IMG/VR virus record: IMGVR_UViG_3300027896_002339
Span: 1-54,774 of that record
DNA from: a virus
Lineage: Duplodnaviria; Caudoviricetes
DNA length: 54,774 nt
Direction: 5' to 3' (one strand)
Within the stretch, counting starts at the first letter, position 1; each line of letters starts with the position of its first letter. The notes beneath the pieces are model-generated. The model searched no databases and was not told where the DNA came from. It saw only the letters and a list, made by a program, of their open reading frames with translations. The translations under genes were made by a program, and so were the position numbers. Below are positions 17,753 to 27,123 of this stretch, piece by piece.

Positions 17753-19102
17753 TTAAGAAGATGCTGCTGCTGAATGTTCACTTATCATCTGAATCACTTT
17801 TCCTGACAGAGCGATCATCTTATTAAGATTAAGATCGAGACTCTTCTTATCAGGTGTCCAGTCAGAGATGATACCTCTTTCGTTCTCGCAGGTTGATCCT
17901 TCACCGATGATCTTACCCTGTTCTCCAGTAATGTTTCCTGTCTCATCCTTCGCTGCAATAGTTCCAGTACCATTGCTCTTGATCCACCGAATCCCATCAA
18001 CCACCTGATTGAAAGAATTCTTATTGAACCGCACCTTCTGAAGGGTGTTCAAAGGAATATTCGGAATCTTGTAGTTCTTCTGCATCCAGTTCTCAACCAC
18101 TTCCGTAAGTGTGTTGAGATTTCCTTTTCTCAATCCGATATAATTGGGAATAAACATCTCTGCTTCTTTCCCAGTCTTTTTCGGATCAATAAAGATAACA
18201 CTGATCACCGGGAAATCCCTTCCCCAAACTACATTTCCGGTGCTAACTGTGAAGGTAACTTTACCATCCTTCTCATTAACATTCCTGGTTGACGTAACAA
18301 AACCGATCCTCGCAAGGAGTTTTGTTTTTGCTTCCTGAGTGAAGATCTCTGCAAACCTGGAATCTTTTTCTTTCAGAATAACCAAGTCTACATTCTTCAT
18401 CTGATTGGCAACTTTCTGAATCGAACCACCCATCAGCCTCTCGAACAGCTTGACGTGCTGGATGGCATTAGCCAACTTCTTTTCTGCCACCACGATGTCC
18501 TGCTCCAGTTTTTCAAACTGGGAATCAAAGACCTTTCCTTCTTCCTCTGACTCGGGACGACCGCCATCGACCATCGCCGTAAGATCTTTCTTCAAACCAT
18601 TTATCGAATTGGTGAAGGTTATGTCAGGATTCAAAAAGTCCATCATCATCTTCTCTCTGACTGCCCGATCATTCTTGGTCCAGCTCGGAAGACCAAAAAG
18701 ATTTGACTTCAGCTGCCTCATAACATTCAGACATTCTTCCACTGAATGATCGTGGGGTTCATGCTGTGCCTTTTCCAGCTTGGCGATGAACTTGAATACG
18801 ATCTGCTCAAGAATGATATCGAAATCTTTCTCGACAGTTCCATCGATCATGAAGTCCGAATCCTGAAAGAATTCGAAATGTGTCCTCTTGTTGAACTTCA
18901 ACGGAGCTCGACCATGATACTCCTTCTTCTGAATCGGTTTCTGTATTGCTTGATTCATCTTCTTTTTCTCCATTACCTTTATTTCCTTCTTGATCTCTGT
19001 TGCAACAGAAACGTTTGAAGCATTTGTTTCGGAACTCTGACCTTCCAGTTGTACCACACCACCAGCGACCATCAGACTTTCGAACGGATTATTTTTGGAC
19101 AT
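17753..19102 (-). CDS. hypothetical protein, probably highly expressed early gene
   Basis: 449 aa; visibly higher GC and C-ending codons; own promoter motif, structured leader and terminator. Confidence 0.8.
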   Translation of the reverse strand: MSKNNPFESLMVAGGVVQLEGQSSETNASNVSVATEIKKEIKVMEKKKMNQAIQKPIQKKEYHGRAPLKFNKRTHFEFFQDSDFMIDGTVEKDFDIILEQIVFKFIAKLEKAQHEPHDHSVEECLNVMRQLKSNLFGLPSWTKNDRAVREKMMMDFLNPDITFTNSINGLKKDLTAMVDGGRPESEEEGKVFDSQFEKLEQDIVVAEKKLANAIQHVKLFERLMGGSIQKVANQMKNVDLVILKEKDSRFAEIFTQEAKTKLLARIGFVTSTRNVNEKDGKVTFTVSTGNVVWGRDFPVISVIFIDPKKTGKEAEMFIPNYIGLRKGNLNTLTEVVENWMQKNYKIPNIPLNTLQKVRFNKNSFNQVVDGIRWIKSNGTGTIAAKDETGNITGEQGKIIGEGSTCENERGIISDWTPDKKSLDLNLNKMIALSGKVIQMISEHSAAASS

Positions 19103-19221
19103 TACTATGTCTCCAGCTATTATTGGGTTTATTTATTATATAGTAAGTGTCACCCACCACAATTACTATGTAAGACGTCACATAATTTACAGCATTAAAT
19201 TACGCAACTCTTAATATCATA

Positions 19222-19241
19222 AATAAATATATATAGAAATC
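19222..19241 (-). promoter_or_regulatory. candidate early promoter (identical to 4545-4564)
   Basis: Exact 20-mer repeat. Confidence 0.6.
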
Positions 19242-19318
19242 AGAAACCAAATATAGTTGAGCAATCTTCTTGAAATTTACAATTGAGAACAAATTAAAAA
19301 GAATTTATAGGAGTTATC

Positions 19319-19507
19319 ATGAATCAAAAATATAAACTAGTATGTGCAATACTAAATGAATTCGGGAACTGCGCCGCTGGAATTACAGGAGCCTATGAAA
19401 CACCAGCTAGACCCTTTAAGATAGTTAAGACAACAATAGTAAAAAAAGATCTTCCAATTAAAACTGCAGGTCCCGTTTCTAAAAGAGATAAGAAAAAAGG
19501 ATATTAA
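19319..19507 (+). CDS. small basic protein
   Basis: AGGAG SD; GAACAAATT motif at 19287; ILNE near the N-terminus. Confidence 0.6.
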   Translation: MNQKYKLVCAILNEFGNCAAGITGAYETPARPFKIVKTTIVKKDLPIKTAGPVSKRDKKKGY

Positions 19508-19509
19508 CA

Positions 19510-20775
19510 ATGAGGCAAATTATCGTTATCCCGGAATTAAATTATTGGATGGCGAAGACTTTAAAAAATAGTCCAGTAACTGATACTTTTCATAGAATCC
19601 CATCTATCATTTCTGATGTATGGAGAGACTCTAGATCAGTATTAGAGCTAATGTTTAATGAATGTTTTCAACCAGAACCATCACCATCAAGTTCATCCAG
19701 TTATTTTCCAGATCAAAATGTTGAAGCAGATAATGATAGACCTTATATTTATCTTTACAGAAAATGTAGTCCGAATCTTTTACCAGATAAAAACGTGATA
19801 AGACGCCTTCAAATTTATAGATTCACAGCTCAAACATATGCAGTTAACGCACAAAAATTCGCAAACATATTTGATTATTCCGGAACAACATATGTCCCTC
19901 AACTAAATGGAACTATCAGAGAACCTTCTCAGATAGTAGAACCATCTCCACCCAAAGATTGGACGTGGATGGATAGAACTATTCAAACGACAACTCTTCC
20001 TAAAGATGTTCTTGAAAAAGATCGTAGTCCTTATATTACTTATAAGACAGAGATCTATGGAGCTACTAGTCATACTTATGTTGAAAAGGATAACGATCAA
20101 GTTGCTGGACCTTATCCACCAATTCCAATTTATCCACCTGATACAAACATATTTGATTTCACTCAATCAGATCTAATGATGTTGGATCTTCTATATCTAT
20201 ATAAGACAACAGGCACAGCATCTTTGACTGGTATAGATTTTGAAAGTTTAACATGTGTAGCCAAACTAGTATACATATATCTAGATGCATTTCTTAATGA
20301 TAGTTACACATACTATAATACAGAAAATACTATTTCAGATGGATCAGATATTCTTTGCACTCTATATGAGAAATTTGTATTAGATATAATCTATTCATTG
20401 AAGATGGAACAGTATGGTGTTATTTATAAAGAAAGTGAAGTAATTAATACTGAAGTTAAAACTGTTAACGTAGATCAGTTTATGATTCTCAAGAAGATGA
20501 ATCAGAGAGTACTAATCACTGACGTTATATATGAGGCTGGTGAGATAGTTCTAACAGAAAAGTTGCCTTGGGATAGAAAAGATTTCTATATATACAAAGA
20601 TGGAGATCTACTTGAAAACGATAAGGACTATACAGTGGTTATAGATTTTGCTGATCCAAATAATCCAGTTGCAAGAGTTCATTTAATTTCACCTGACATT
20701 CTTCCTGGTCAATTGATAGAAATGATTTGGAGCTATATTTTACCATATTCTATGCATGTTCAACTCGATCAATAA
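19510..20775 (+). CDS. hypothetical, putative structural protein
   Basis: 421 aa; C-terminal beta-rich YKDG.LL....DY segment; poly-Ser linker. Confidence 0.7.
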   Translation: MRQIIVIPELNYWMAKTLKNSPVTDTFHRIPSIISDVWRDSRSVLELMFNECFQPEPSPSSSSSYFPDQNVEADNDRPYIYLYRKCSPNLLPDKNVIRRLQIYRFTAQTYAVNAQKFANIFDYSGTTYVPQLNGTIREPSQIVEPSPPKDWTWMDRTIQTTTLPKDVLEKDRSPYITYKTEIYGATSHTYVEKDNDQVAGPYPPIPIYPPDTNIFDFTQSDLMMLDLLYLYKTTGTASLTGIDFESLTCVAKLVYIYLDAFLNDSYTYYNTENTISDGSDILCTLYEKFVLDIIYSLKMEQYGVIYKESEVINTEVKTVNVDQFMILKKMNQRVLITDVIYEAGEIVLTEKLPWDRKDFYIYKDGDLLENDKDYTVVIDFADPNNPVARVHLISPDILPGQLIEMIWSYILPYSMHVQLDQ

Positions 20776-20895
20776 ACTAAACAAAAAAAGATAAGCAAAT
20801 ATTAATTACAGTTAATATTGTTCTTTTTTAACAAATCTGTTTAGATTTGTTCGAGGTGATAAATTCCTTACTCGATGACATTCCTTAGGAGCTAA

Positions 20896-20979
20896 TTATT
20901 TTTTAGTTGGTATTTTATCTACCAACACTCCCAGTATTGCTATGATGATCGTTATTACTAGTTTCGTTTCCTTTTTCAT
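20896..20979 (-). CDS. 27-aa hydrophobic micropeptide (type I toxin-like)
   Basis: MKKETKLVITIIIAILGVLVDKIPTKK; perfect AGGAGGTGA SD; second copy at 54712. Confidence 0.7.
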   Translation of the reverse strand: MKKETKLVITIIIAILGVLVDKIPTKK

Positions 20980-21241
20980 GCTAATCACCTCCTACTAGTT
21001 ATTAATATATATAGTGTCGATCTGATAAATAGAATGAATAAATTATATAAACTATATAAAACAATAGGAGATATTATGAATGTTACTACTATACAGATTG
21101 ATAAAGAATTGCATAAAAGACTTCGCATAATTGCTGCGCATGCTGATAAGAAATTATATGAGATAATAGAAGATGCTGCTACTACGTTAGAAGAGAAATA
21201 TCATATTCCTCAAAATACTTCAGAGGTTGATCATGAATAAG
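20917..21241 (+). repeat. ~325-bp inverted repeat, copy 1 (partner 54450-54774)
   Basis: Ungapped alignment with about 7 mismatches counted by eye; may extend further left because the partner is cut by the window edge. Confidence 0.92.
21076..21240 (+). CDS. small ribbon-helix-helix-like regulator
   Basis: MNVTTIQIDKELHKRLRIIAAHADKKLYEIIEDA; AGGAG SD. Confidence 0.75.
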   Translation: MNVTTIQIDKELHKRLRIIAAHADKKLYEIIEDAATTLEEKYHIPQNTSEVDHE

Positions 21242-22018
21242 TTGTGTGAATGTGGTTGTGGTGAGGAAGTAACAAGCGAAAAAAATAGATTTTTAAAAGG
21301 ACATAATAAAGGAAAATTAGGAAAAAAAGTAACACCAGAAACAAAAAATAGGATGTCAAAAAGTCAGATAGGAAAGATTCATACAAAAGAACATAACTTA
21401 AAAGTTTCAGTTGGATTAAAAGGTAAAAAAAGAAAACCTCTAACTTCTGATCATATTAAGAAAATTTCTACAGGACACAAAGGTCAAATTCCATGGAATA
21501 GGGGCTCTATAGGAAAACAAAAAGGTCCTAATAAAGGGAGAATCTTTTCAGATTGTATTAGATATAGAATGTCTTGTGGACATAAAGGAAAAATCCATTT
21601 AGCAGAAACAAAAATAAAAATGAGTATTTCCGCAATTAATTATATAGAAAAAACTCGATTTAAAAATAGAGGGATGTGTCCCGGAATAGGAAAAAATGAA
21701 ATTCATATTCTTGATCAAATAGAGAAAGCGATTGGATTAGAAATAGATCGAAATAGTAGAAAACTTTCAAGCGTCACTGGAAAATTTAATGATGGATTCA
21801 TACATCGATATAATTTAGGAATAGATGTGTTAGAAAAACACCACTTCAAATTTGATGGTTCTTTATCTGACTATGATTTTAATAGAGAATCTATTATTGC
21901 ATATAAACTAGGTTGTATGATTTACTATATCCCTGAACAAGAATTTCTAAAGAATCCAGATAAAGAGATTCAGCGCTTTAAAGATTTTTTACTACTGCTT
22001 GATGAAGGAAAAAACTAA
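21233..22018 (+). CDS. homing-endonuclease-like protein type A
   Basis: MNKLCECGCG; PWNRG/NUMOD3-like repeats; conserved nuclease C-terminus. Confidence 0.8.
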   Translation: MNKLCECGCGEEVTSEKNRFLKGHNKGKLGKKVTPETKNRMSKSQIGKIHTKEHNLKVSVGLKGKKRKPLTSDHIKKISTGHKGQIPWNRGSIGKQKGPNKGRIFSDCIRYRMSCGHKGKIHLAETKIKMSISAINYIEKTRFKNRGMCPGIGKNEIHILDQIEKAIGLEIDRNSRKLSSVTGKFNDGFIHRYNLGIDVLEKHHFKFDGSLSDYDFNRESIIAYKLGCMIYYIPEQEFLKNPDKEIQRFKDFLLLLDEGKN

Positions 22019-22209
22019 TCTAATTATATCTGAAAAGAATACCTCTTACCCTTTATAAAGAACATTCTTTATTGATCTGATAATATAACTATACAGAATA
22101 AATAAGATGACATATTAGTATATCTTTTGATTGAGTTTCATACATAAATATTTCCAGTTCGTATATTTATAGAACAAAATTTATAAATAGTTAAATCAAG
22201 GAGTTTTTC

Positions 22210-23535
22210 ATGGGTGACCCAAAACGAGCGGTAACGCAATTTAAAGTTGAATTTGAAACTGATGGTGATGAGAATGAAGCACTCACAACACACTTCAGTA
22301 CCATGCAGATAATTAATTCAACTAGATCAATCTGGCCAATTTTTAATATATGGTTTCATGTTGATAATCAAATTTTTATAGAAAAAAATATCTATGGTAT
22401 GACTGATATTGTTTGTAAGATAAAGTACACTGAAGATAATGGAGAAGACGCAGCTAATCATGTAAAGTTTACTCTGATATATCTTGAGTCTGCTATTTCG
22501 CTTCCTCCAAAAATAGAAGAGAATGTACCACTAGAAGATGCTAGAGAAGTAAATAAGATGTATGTTCTTGTTACTTGTATTGCCAAACCTGCTTATTTAA
22601 GTATGAGTACTTTCATTAATAAACTATGGGAAGAACCAACCGAGATGACTCCTTTAGATATGATAAAGAAATTACTTGTAGATAATGAAATTCCGAATAG
22701 AGTATTTGATGATGGATTTAATGATAATAAGATTCAGCAGATGCTTATCCCGCCAATGACTTTTAAAGGAGCCGTAGATTATATAAATCAAAGTCACGGA
22801 ATATTCAGCGGACCACTATTTAGATATTGTAATTACTCTGGTGAATTTCAGATGTGGGATTTGAGAAAAATGTTTGAACTGAAAAAAGACTCTCCTTGGG
22901 TTAAGTTTCATAAATCACCATCTGCATTTACTACGCCTGGATTGTTTGAAAAAATTAATGAAATCGCATATAATACTGATGATGAATTTGTTACTTATGT
23001 TGGTGCAGAAACTATTCATCATGCAAATGCAAACGTGATTAAATACGGATATGAAAATATTTATATTTATCATCCACACGAAGACATAGCTTTATTTCAG
23101 AAAAAGACTTTGGATGAAATTATACCAGATTATGGAATATGGCATGATAGTGATGAATTAAAATTTCATCCAGATTTAAGACAGAGATCAATGTATTTTT
23201 ATGATATGAAAGGATTCGAAACAGGAGATGGCTATACTGGAGAATATAGCAATCATATTCTAACACAAGATATGGCAACATCATTTCAAAATGCTTCTGC
23301 TGTTAGACTTAAACTTTTTAAGAATGTTAAACTTCCAATGGTTATGAAAGTTGGAGAAGTTTTATATCTGAAACCATATTCGGATTTTGAAAAATATCCC
23401 GGTAGTAATTATGAAGGTGGGTATTTGATCACTGATAGTATGGTAGTTATAACAAGAATAATGAAAAAAGAGGAAATTAATATCAATTGTACCGCAACTC
23501 TAACAGCTGTTCGTACTACTCAATCTAAGAATTAA
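22210..23535 (+). CDS. putative baseplate hub/tail structural protein
   Basis: 441 aa in the morphogenesis region; C-terminal VGEVLYL...YEGGYLITD pattern seen in gp27-like hubs (weak). Confidence 0.5.
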   Translation: MGDPKRAVTQFKVEFETDGDENEALTTHFSTMQIINSTRSIWPIFNIWFHVDNQIFIEKNIYGMTDIVCKIKYTEDNGEDAANHVKFTLIYLESAISLPPKIEENVPLEDAREVNKMYVLVTCIAKPAYLSMSTFINKLWEEPTEMTPLDMIKKLLVDNEIPNRVFDDGFNDNKIQQMLIPPMTFKGAVDYINQSHGIFSGPLFRYCNYSGEFQMWDLRKMFELKKDSPWVKFHKSPSAFTTPGLFEKINEIAYNTDDEFVTYVGAETIHHANANVIKYGYENIYIYHPHEDIALFQKKTLDEIIPDYGIWHDSDELKFHPDLRQRSMYFYDMKGFETGDGYTGEYSNHILTQDMATSFQNASAVRLKLFKNVKLPMVMKVGEVLYLKPYSDFEKYPGSNYEGGYLITDSMVVITRIMKKEEININCTATLTAVRTTQSKN

Positions 23536-23536
23536 T

Positions 23537-24472
23537 ATGAATAAGTTGTGTGAGTGTGGATGTGGAGAAGAAACAAAAATTGATAGAGATTCTAAGAAGT
23601 ATCGAAGATTTTGTAAAGGTCATCATAATAGGTGTGAATCTGTAAAACAAAAGAAAAGAAATGTGTGGTTAGAACATTATGGAACTGATAATCCCGCAAA
23701 ATCTATTGTGATCAAAGAAAAAGCAAAAGAAACTTCTAGAATGAATTGCGGCGAAGATTCGTGGATGCAAACCAAAGATGGTATTAAAAAATTTAATGAT
23801 TCGATGATGAAAGAATATGGATCAAAATGGGCGATGCAATCAGAAAAAATTAGAAGAAATCATTCTGCATCATTATTAGAAAAATATGGTGTAGAATATG
23901 CAATGCAATCAGAAAAAGTTCAAACTAAATATAAACATACTTGTAATAAAAATAATAGTTGTGACTGGCCAATGCAATCAGAGGATGTTAGAAAAAAATC
24001 AAAAAATTCATTAATAGAAAAATATGGTGTTGATAATTATTCTAAAACCTCCGAATTCAGACAACTAGCAAGGCGACTATTGAAAGAATCAATATTAAAA
24101 AACTATCCCGGTGAGACAGGGTGGTGCCCTAGAAAAGGTAATTACGAAAAAGAAGTATTTGATGAACTTCAAAAACATTGTTCATATACAATTCTGGAAG
24201 ATCAAGAATTTATTGAATTATATCCAGATCGTTATATTAATGAGATTAATTTAATCATTGAATTATATGAACCATGGCACAATAGAGATTGTTATGCTAA
24301 ACGTGATTCAGTTAGACAAAAAGAATTAGAAGATTATCTGGGCTGCAAGTTTTTTATAATTTGGTTGAAAGATTGGAAAGAAAATAAAGATATAATAATA
24401 TCAGAATTTAAAGAGGTTATCAATGGCTGCACCACAAAGTGTATCAGCACAACAACAGCAACGATTAGTTGA
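23537..24472 (+). CDS. homing-endonuclease-like protein type B (CxCGCG + YGVD-xxx-Q repeats + Vsr-like nuclease)
   Basis: MNKLCECGCG; repeated KYGVE/DxxMQS; PDRYI...IIELYEPWH; GCKFFIIWL. Confidence 0.8.
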   Translation: MNKLCECGCGEETKIDRDSKKYRRFCKGHHNRCESVKQKKRNVWLEHYGTDNPAKSIVIKEKAKETSRMNCGEDSWMQTKDGIKKFNDSMMKEYGSKWAMQSEKIRRNHSASLLEKYGVEYAMQSEKVQTKYKHTCNKNNSCDWPMQSEDVRKKSKNSLIEKYGVDNYSKTSEFRQLARRLLKESILKNYPGETGWCPRKGNYEKEVFDELQKHCSYTILEDQEFIELYPDRYINEINLIIELYEPWHNRDCYAKRDSVRQKELEDYLGCKFFIIWLKDWKENKDIIISEFKEVINGCTTKCISTTTATIS

Positions 24473-26186
24473 ATATTTCAAGTGTAAAAAAGATCCGATC
24501 TATTTTATGGAGAATTATGTTCTTCTTGCGTTGACTGGCGGTGATACAAAGGTTAAATTATACGATAGACAGAAAGATTTTGTTGCGCAGGTGATGAAAG
24601 AACATTACGTCATCGTATTAAAATCCCGTCAGACTGGTGTATCTACTATAACTCAAATGTTATGTGCCTGGGTTTGTACTTTTTATAAGAATGTTGTTAT
24701 TGGATGTGTGAGCAAATCTGGTCCAGAAAGTACAGATTTTTGTCGAAAAGTTTTATCTATTCTTGATGGTTTACCTGATTGGTTGAAACCCGCATTTAGT
24801 AAAAGAGCTGAACAAAGTTTTATCACAGATACTGGATGTCAGTTCTATGCAGGGCAGGTCGATGAAAGCAACCCAGAAGGTTTATTCAGAGGAAAAGCTC
24901 TCGGATTTTTAATTATAGATGAGGGTGCATTCGTGCCCAAGATTGACGAAGCGTATACTGGCGTCGCACCAACACTATTTAAATCACAAACATTAGCGAA
25001 GCAACTTGGTGTACCATTTGGAACTATCATCATCTCGACTCCTAATAAGACTGTAGGTAAGGGTAAATGGTATTATCAGACATGGACTAAAGCAGTTAAT
25101 AATGATTCTATCTTTACCCCATTCAAATTGCATTGGAAAATGATTAAAGAGTTTGCTGATGATCCAACATGGTATAAAACACAATGTGCTCTACTTGATA
25201 ATATTCATTGGAAGGTCGCACAGGAATTGGATATGCAATTTGTTGCAAGTAGCAACTCATTCCTTAAAGCAGAGACAATAGAAATATTAAACACCTGTAC
25301 GATCGATCCTATTTACAAGATGCAGTTACATAAACACGAGTTGTGGCAATTCGAACAGCCTAATAGATCTAAGTTCTATATAATTGGCATTGATACTGCA
25401 TCTGCATCTGGTACGGACTCCAGTACAATTGTGGTTGTTGACTATGAAACTTTTGAACAGGTAGCAGAGTTTAGAGGTAAATTGAGAGTTGATGATTTCT
25501 GTAATATTATATATCTTGTGAATAAGATGTATCCTAACAATTTAATTGTGCCAGAGGCTAATAGTTATGGAAATCAGGTCTGCGAGTTCTTAACAAAAAG
25601 TGATACTTGGTATAATATATACATTTCTAAAGTTAAGAGTACTACTATAGCAACAGTCCCAAACAAGAACCAAAAATACAAATATGGTCTAACTACAGGT
25701 GCCCAAAACAGACCATTAATGATCGATTCTCTTTATACTTATATTACAGAAAATCCCAGTTGTGTTAAATCAGAAAGACTAGCTCTTGAATTAATTGGAT
25801 TAATAGATAATGGTAATGGTAAAATTATGGCAGATGAAGGTGAACATGACGACTTAGCTTTAGCTTTATCATTCTGTGCCTATGTTAGAACCTATGATCC
25901 ACCACTTGCTATTTCAAGAGATATGAATAATCAAAGTATAATGGATGAGATGAGAGATGTAGCGAATTGGAATGGTGACCGGCGATCGAATGTATCAGCA
26001 GAATTTTCTGAGATTAAAGAATTTGATAGTGATGATAAATTTGAACGAATAGAACATTCAAACAAATTGCTAAACAAATATCTTAAAACAAATCTTAGAA
26101 AGATAGTAGAGAATAACAATGGCGGCTCTACAATAGACATCCTTAAACTTCTAGATTTCAGAAACAAAAAAAATCAGAAGATGTAA
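24423..26186 (+). CDS. terL: terminase large subunit
   Basis: KSRQTGVST Walker A, LIIDEGAF Walker B, ISTPN, RNase H IGIDTA and HDDLALA. Confidence 0.95.
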   Translation: MAAPQSVSAQQQQRLVEYFKCKKDPIYFMENYVLLALTGGDTKVKLYDRQKDFVAQVMKEHYVIVLKSRQTGVSTITQMLCAWVCTFYKNVVIGCVSKSGPESTDFCRKVLSILDGLPDWLKPAFSKRAEQSFITDTGCQFYAGQVDESNPEGLFRGKALGFLIIDEGAFVPKIDEAYTGVAPTLFKSQTLAKQLGVPFGTIIISTPNKTVGKGKWYYQTWTKAVNNDSIFTPFKLHWKMIKEFADDPTWYKTQCALLDNIHWKVAQELDMQFVASSNSFLKAETIEILNTCTIDPIYKMQLHKHELWQFEQPNRSKFYIIGIDTASASGTDSSTIVVVDYETFEQVAEFRGKLRVDDFCNIIYLVNKMYPNNLIVPEANSYGNQVCEFLTKSDTWYNIYISKVKSTTIATVPNKNQKYKYGLTTGAQNRPLMIDSLYTYITENPSCVKSERLALELIGLIDNGNGKIMADEGEHDDLALALSFCAYVRTYDPPLAISRDMNNQSIMDEMRDVANWNGDRRSNVSAEFSEIKEFDSDDKFERIEHSNKLLNKYLKTNLRKIVENNNGGSTIDILKLLDFRNKKNQKM

Positions 26187-27123
26187 TAATAGTTTTGAAA
26201 TTATTTATTACTTGTTCTTTATTTTCTTTCCACTCATCTAACCAAATTATAAAAAATTTACAACCCAAATGATTTTCAAGTTCTTTCTGTCTGATAGGAT
26301 CATGCTTAACATAACATGATCGTTTGTGCCATGGTTCATACAACTCGAGAATTATATTTAATTCTTTGATATATCGATCGGGGTGTAATTCAATAAATTC
26401 TTGTTCTTCTAAAATTTTATATGAACAATGTTTTTGAAGTTCGTCAAACACTTCTTTTTCATAATCACCTTTTCGAGGACACCATTTAGCTTTGCTAGGA
26501 TAATTTTTCAGTATTGATTCTTTCAATAATCGCCTTGCTAGTTGTCTGAATTCTGAAGTTTTAGAATAATTATCAACACCATATTTTTTTATCAAAGTTT
26601 GTTTAATTTCGTTTTGGATTTCTTTTGATTGTAATGGCCAGTCAGTACCGAAATTTTTTCTGGCTGTTGTTTTATATTTTTCTTGAATTTGTTTTGATTG
26701 AAATACATTATCAACACCATATAATTCTTGACATGTTTGAATAGATTTAATTCTAACATCCTCTGATTGCATCGGCCAATTCACACCTCTAATTTTTAAA
26801 TTTGTATCAATCTTTTTATCTTTGATATCTTTTTGTTGCTGCTCAGTGTGCTGATTCCATGTGCGCTTTGATTTTTCTTTAATTTCAATTGATTGTTGTG
26901 CCCATTCAACATTATGATTTTTTAACATTCCTTTTTTAAATTTATCCTTCCCTTCTTCAGATTGTAATATATGATCACAATTATATTTTTTTCTATTTGT
27001 TTTTATTCTTTTTTGCATAGATTCTAATGTTTGTTTTTCCCCATTTCTATGATGATTATAAATAAATCTGTTAGTATTATTGATTACTTCTTTGCCGCAT
27101 CCGCATTCACATAACTTATTCAT
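26158..27123 (-). CDS. homing-endonuclease-like protein type B
   Basis: Same architecture and near-identical C-terminus to 23537 and 53250. Confidence 0.8.
   Translation of the reverse strand: MNKLCECGCGKEVINNTNRFIYNHHRNGEKQTLESMQKRIKTNRKKYNCDHILQSEEGKDKFKKGMLKNHNVEWAQQSIEIKEKSKRTWNQHTEQQQKDIKDKKIDTNLKIRGVNWPMQSEDVRIKSIQTCQELYGVDNVFQSKQIQEKYKTTARKNFGTDWPLQSKEIQNEIKQTLIKKYGVDNYSKTSEFRQLARRLLKESILKNYPSKAKWCPRKGDYEKEVFDELQKHCSYKILEEQEFIELHPDRYIKELNIILELYEPWHKRSCYVKHDPIRQKELENHLGCKFFIIWLDEWKENKEQVINNFKTIITSSDFFCF

Noticed and set aside
21034-21075. MNKLYKLYKTIGDI N-terminal extension of the RHH ORFs (also 54616-54657)
   Set aside because: This ATG lies within the promoter motif and lacks an SD; the AGGAG-supported starts are 21076 and 54615.
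21019-22018. RHH-nuclease cassettes as classical IS elements (IS200/IS605, TnpB)
   Set aside because: No DDE, HUH or serine transposase, no RuvC/TnpB motifs and no terminal inverted repeats were recognised.
22021-22060. Weak resemblance to intergenic 6896-6932 (TATCTGAA...AATACC...CCTTTA)
   Set aside because: Short, gapped and AT-rich; cannot be distinguished from chance by eye.
24423-26186. Intein or intron inside terL
   Set aside because: The ORF is 587 aa with contiguous ATPase and nuclease motifs and no C...HN intein ends or frame break.
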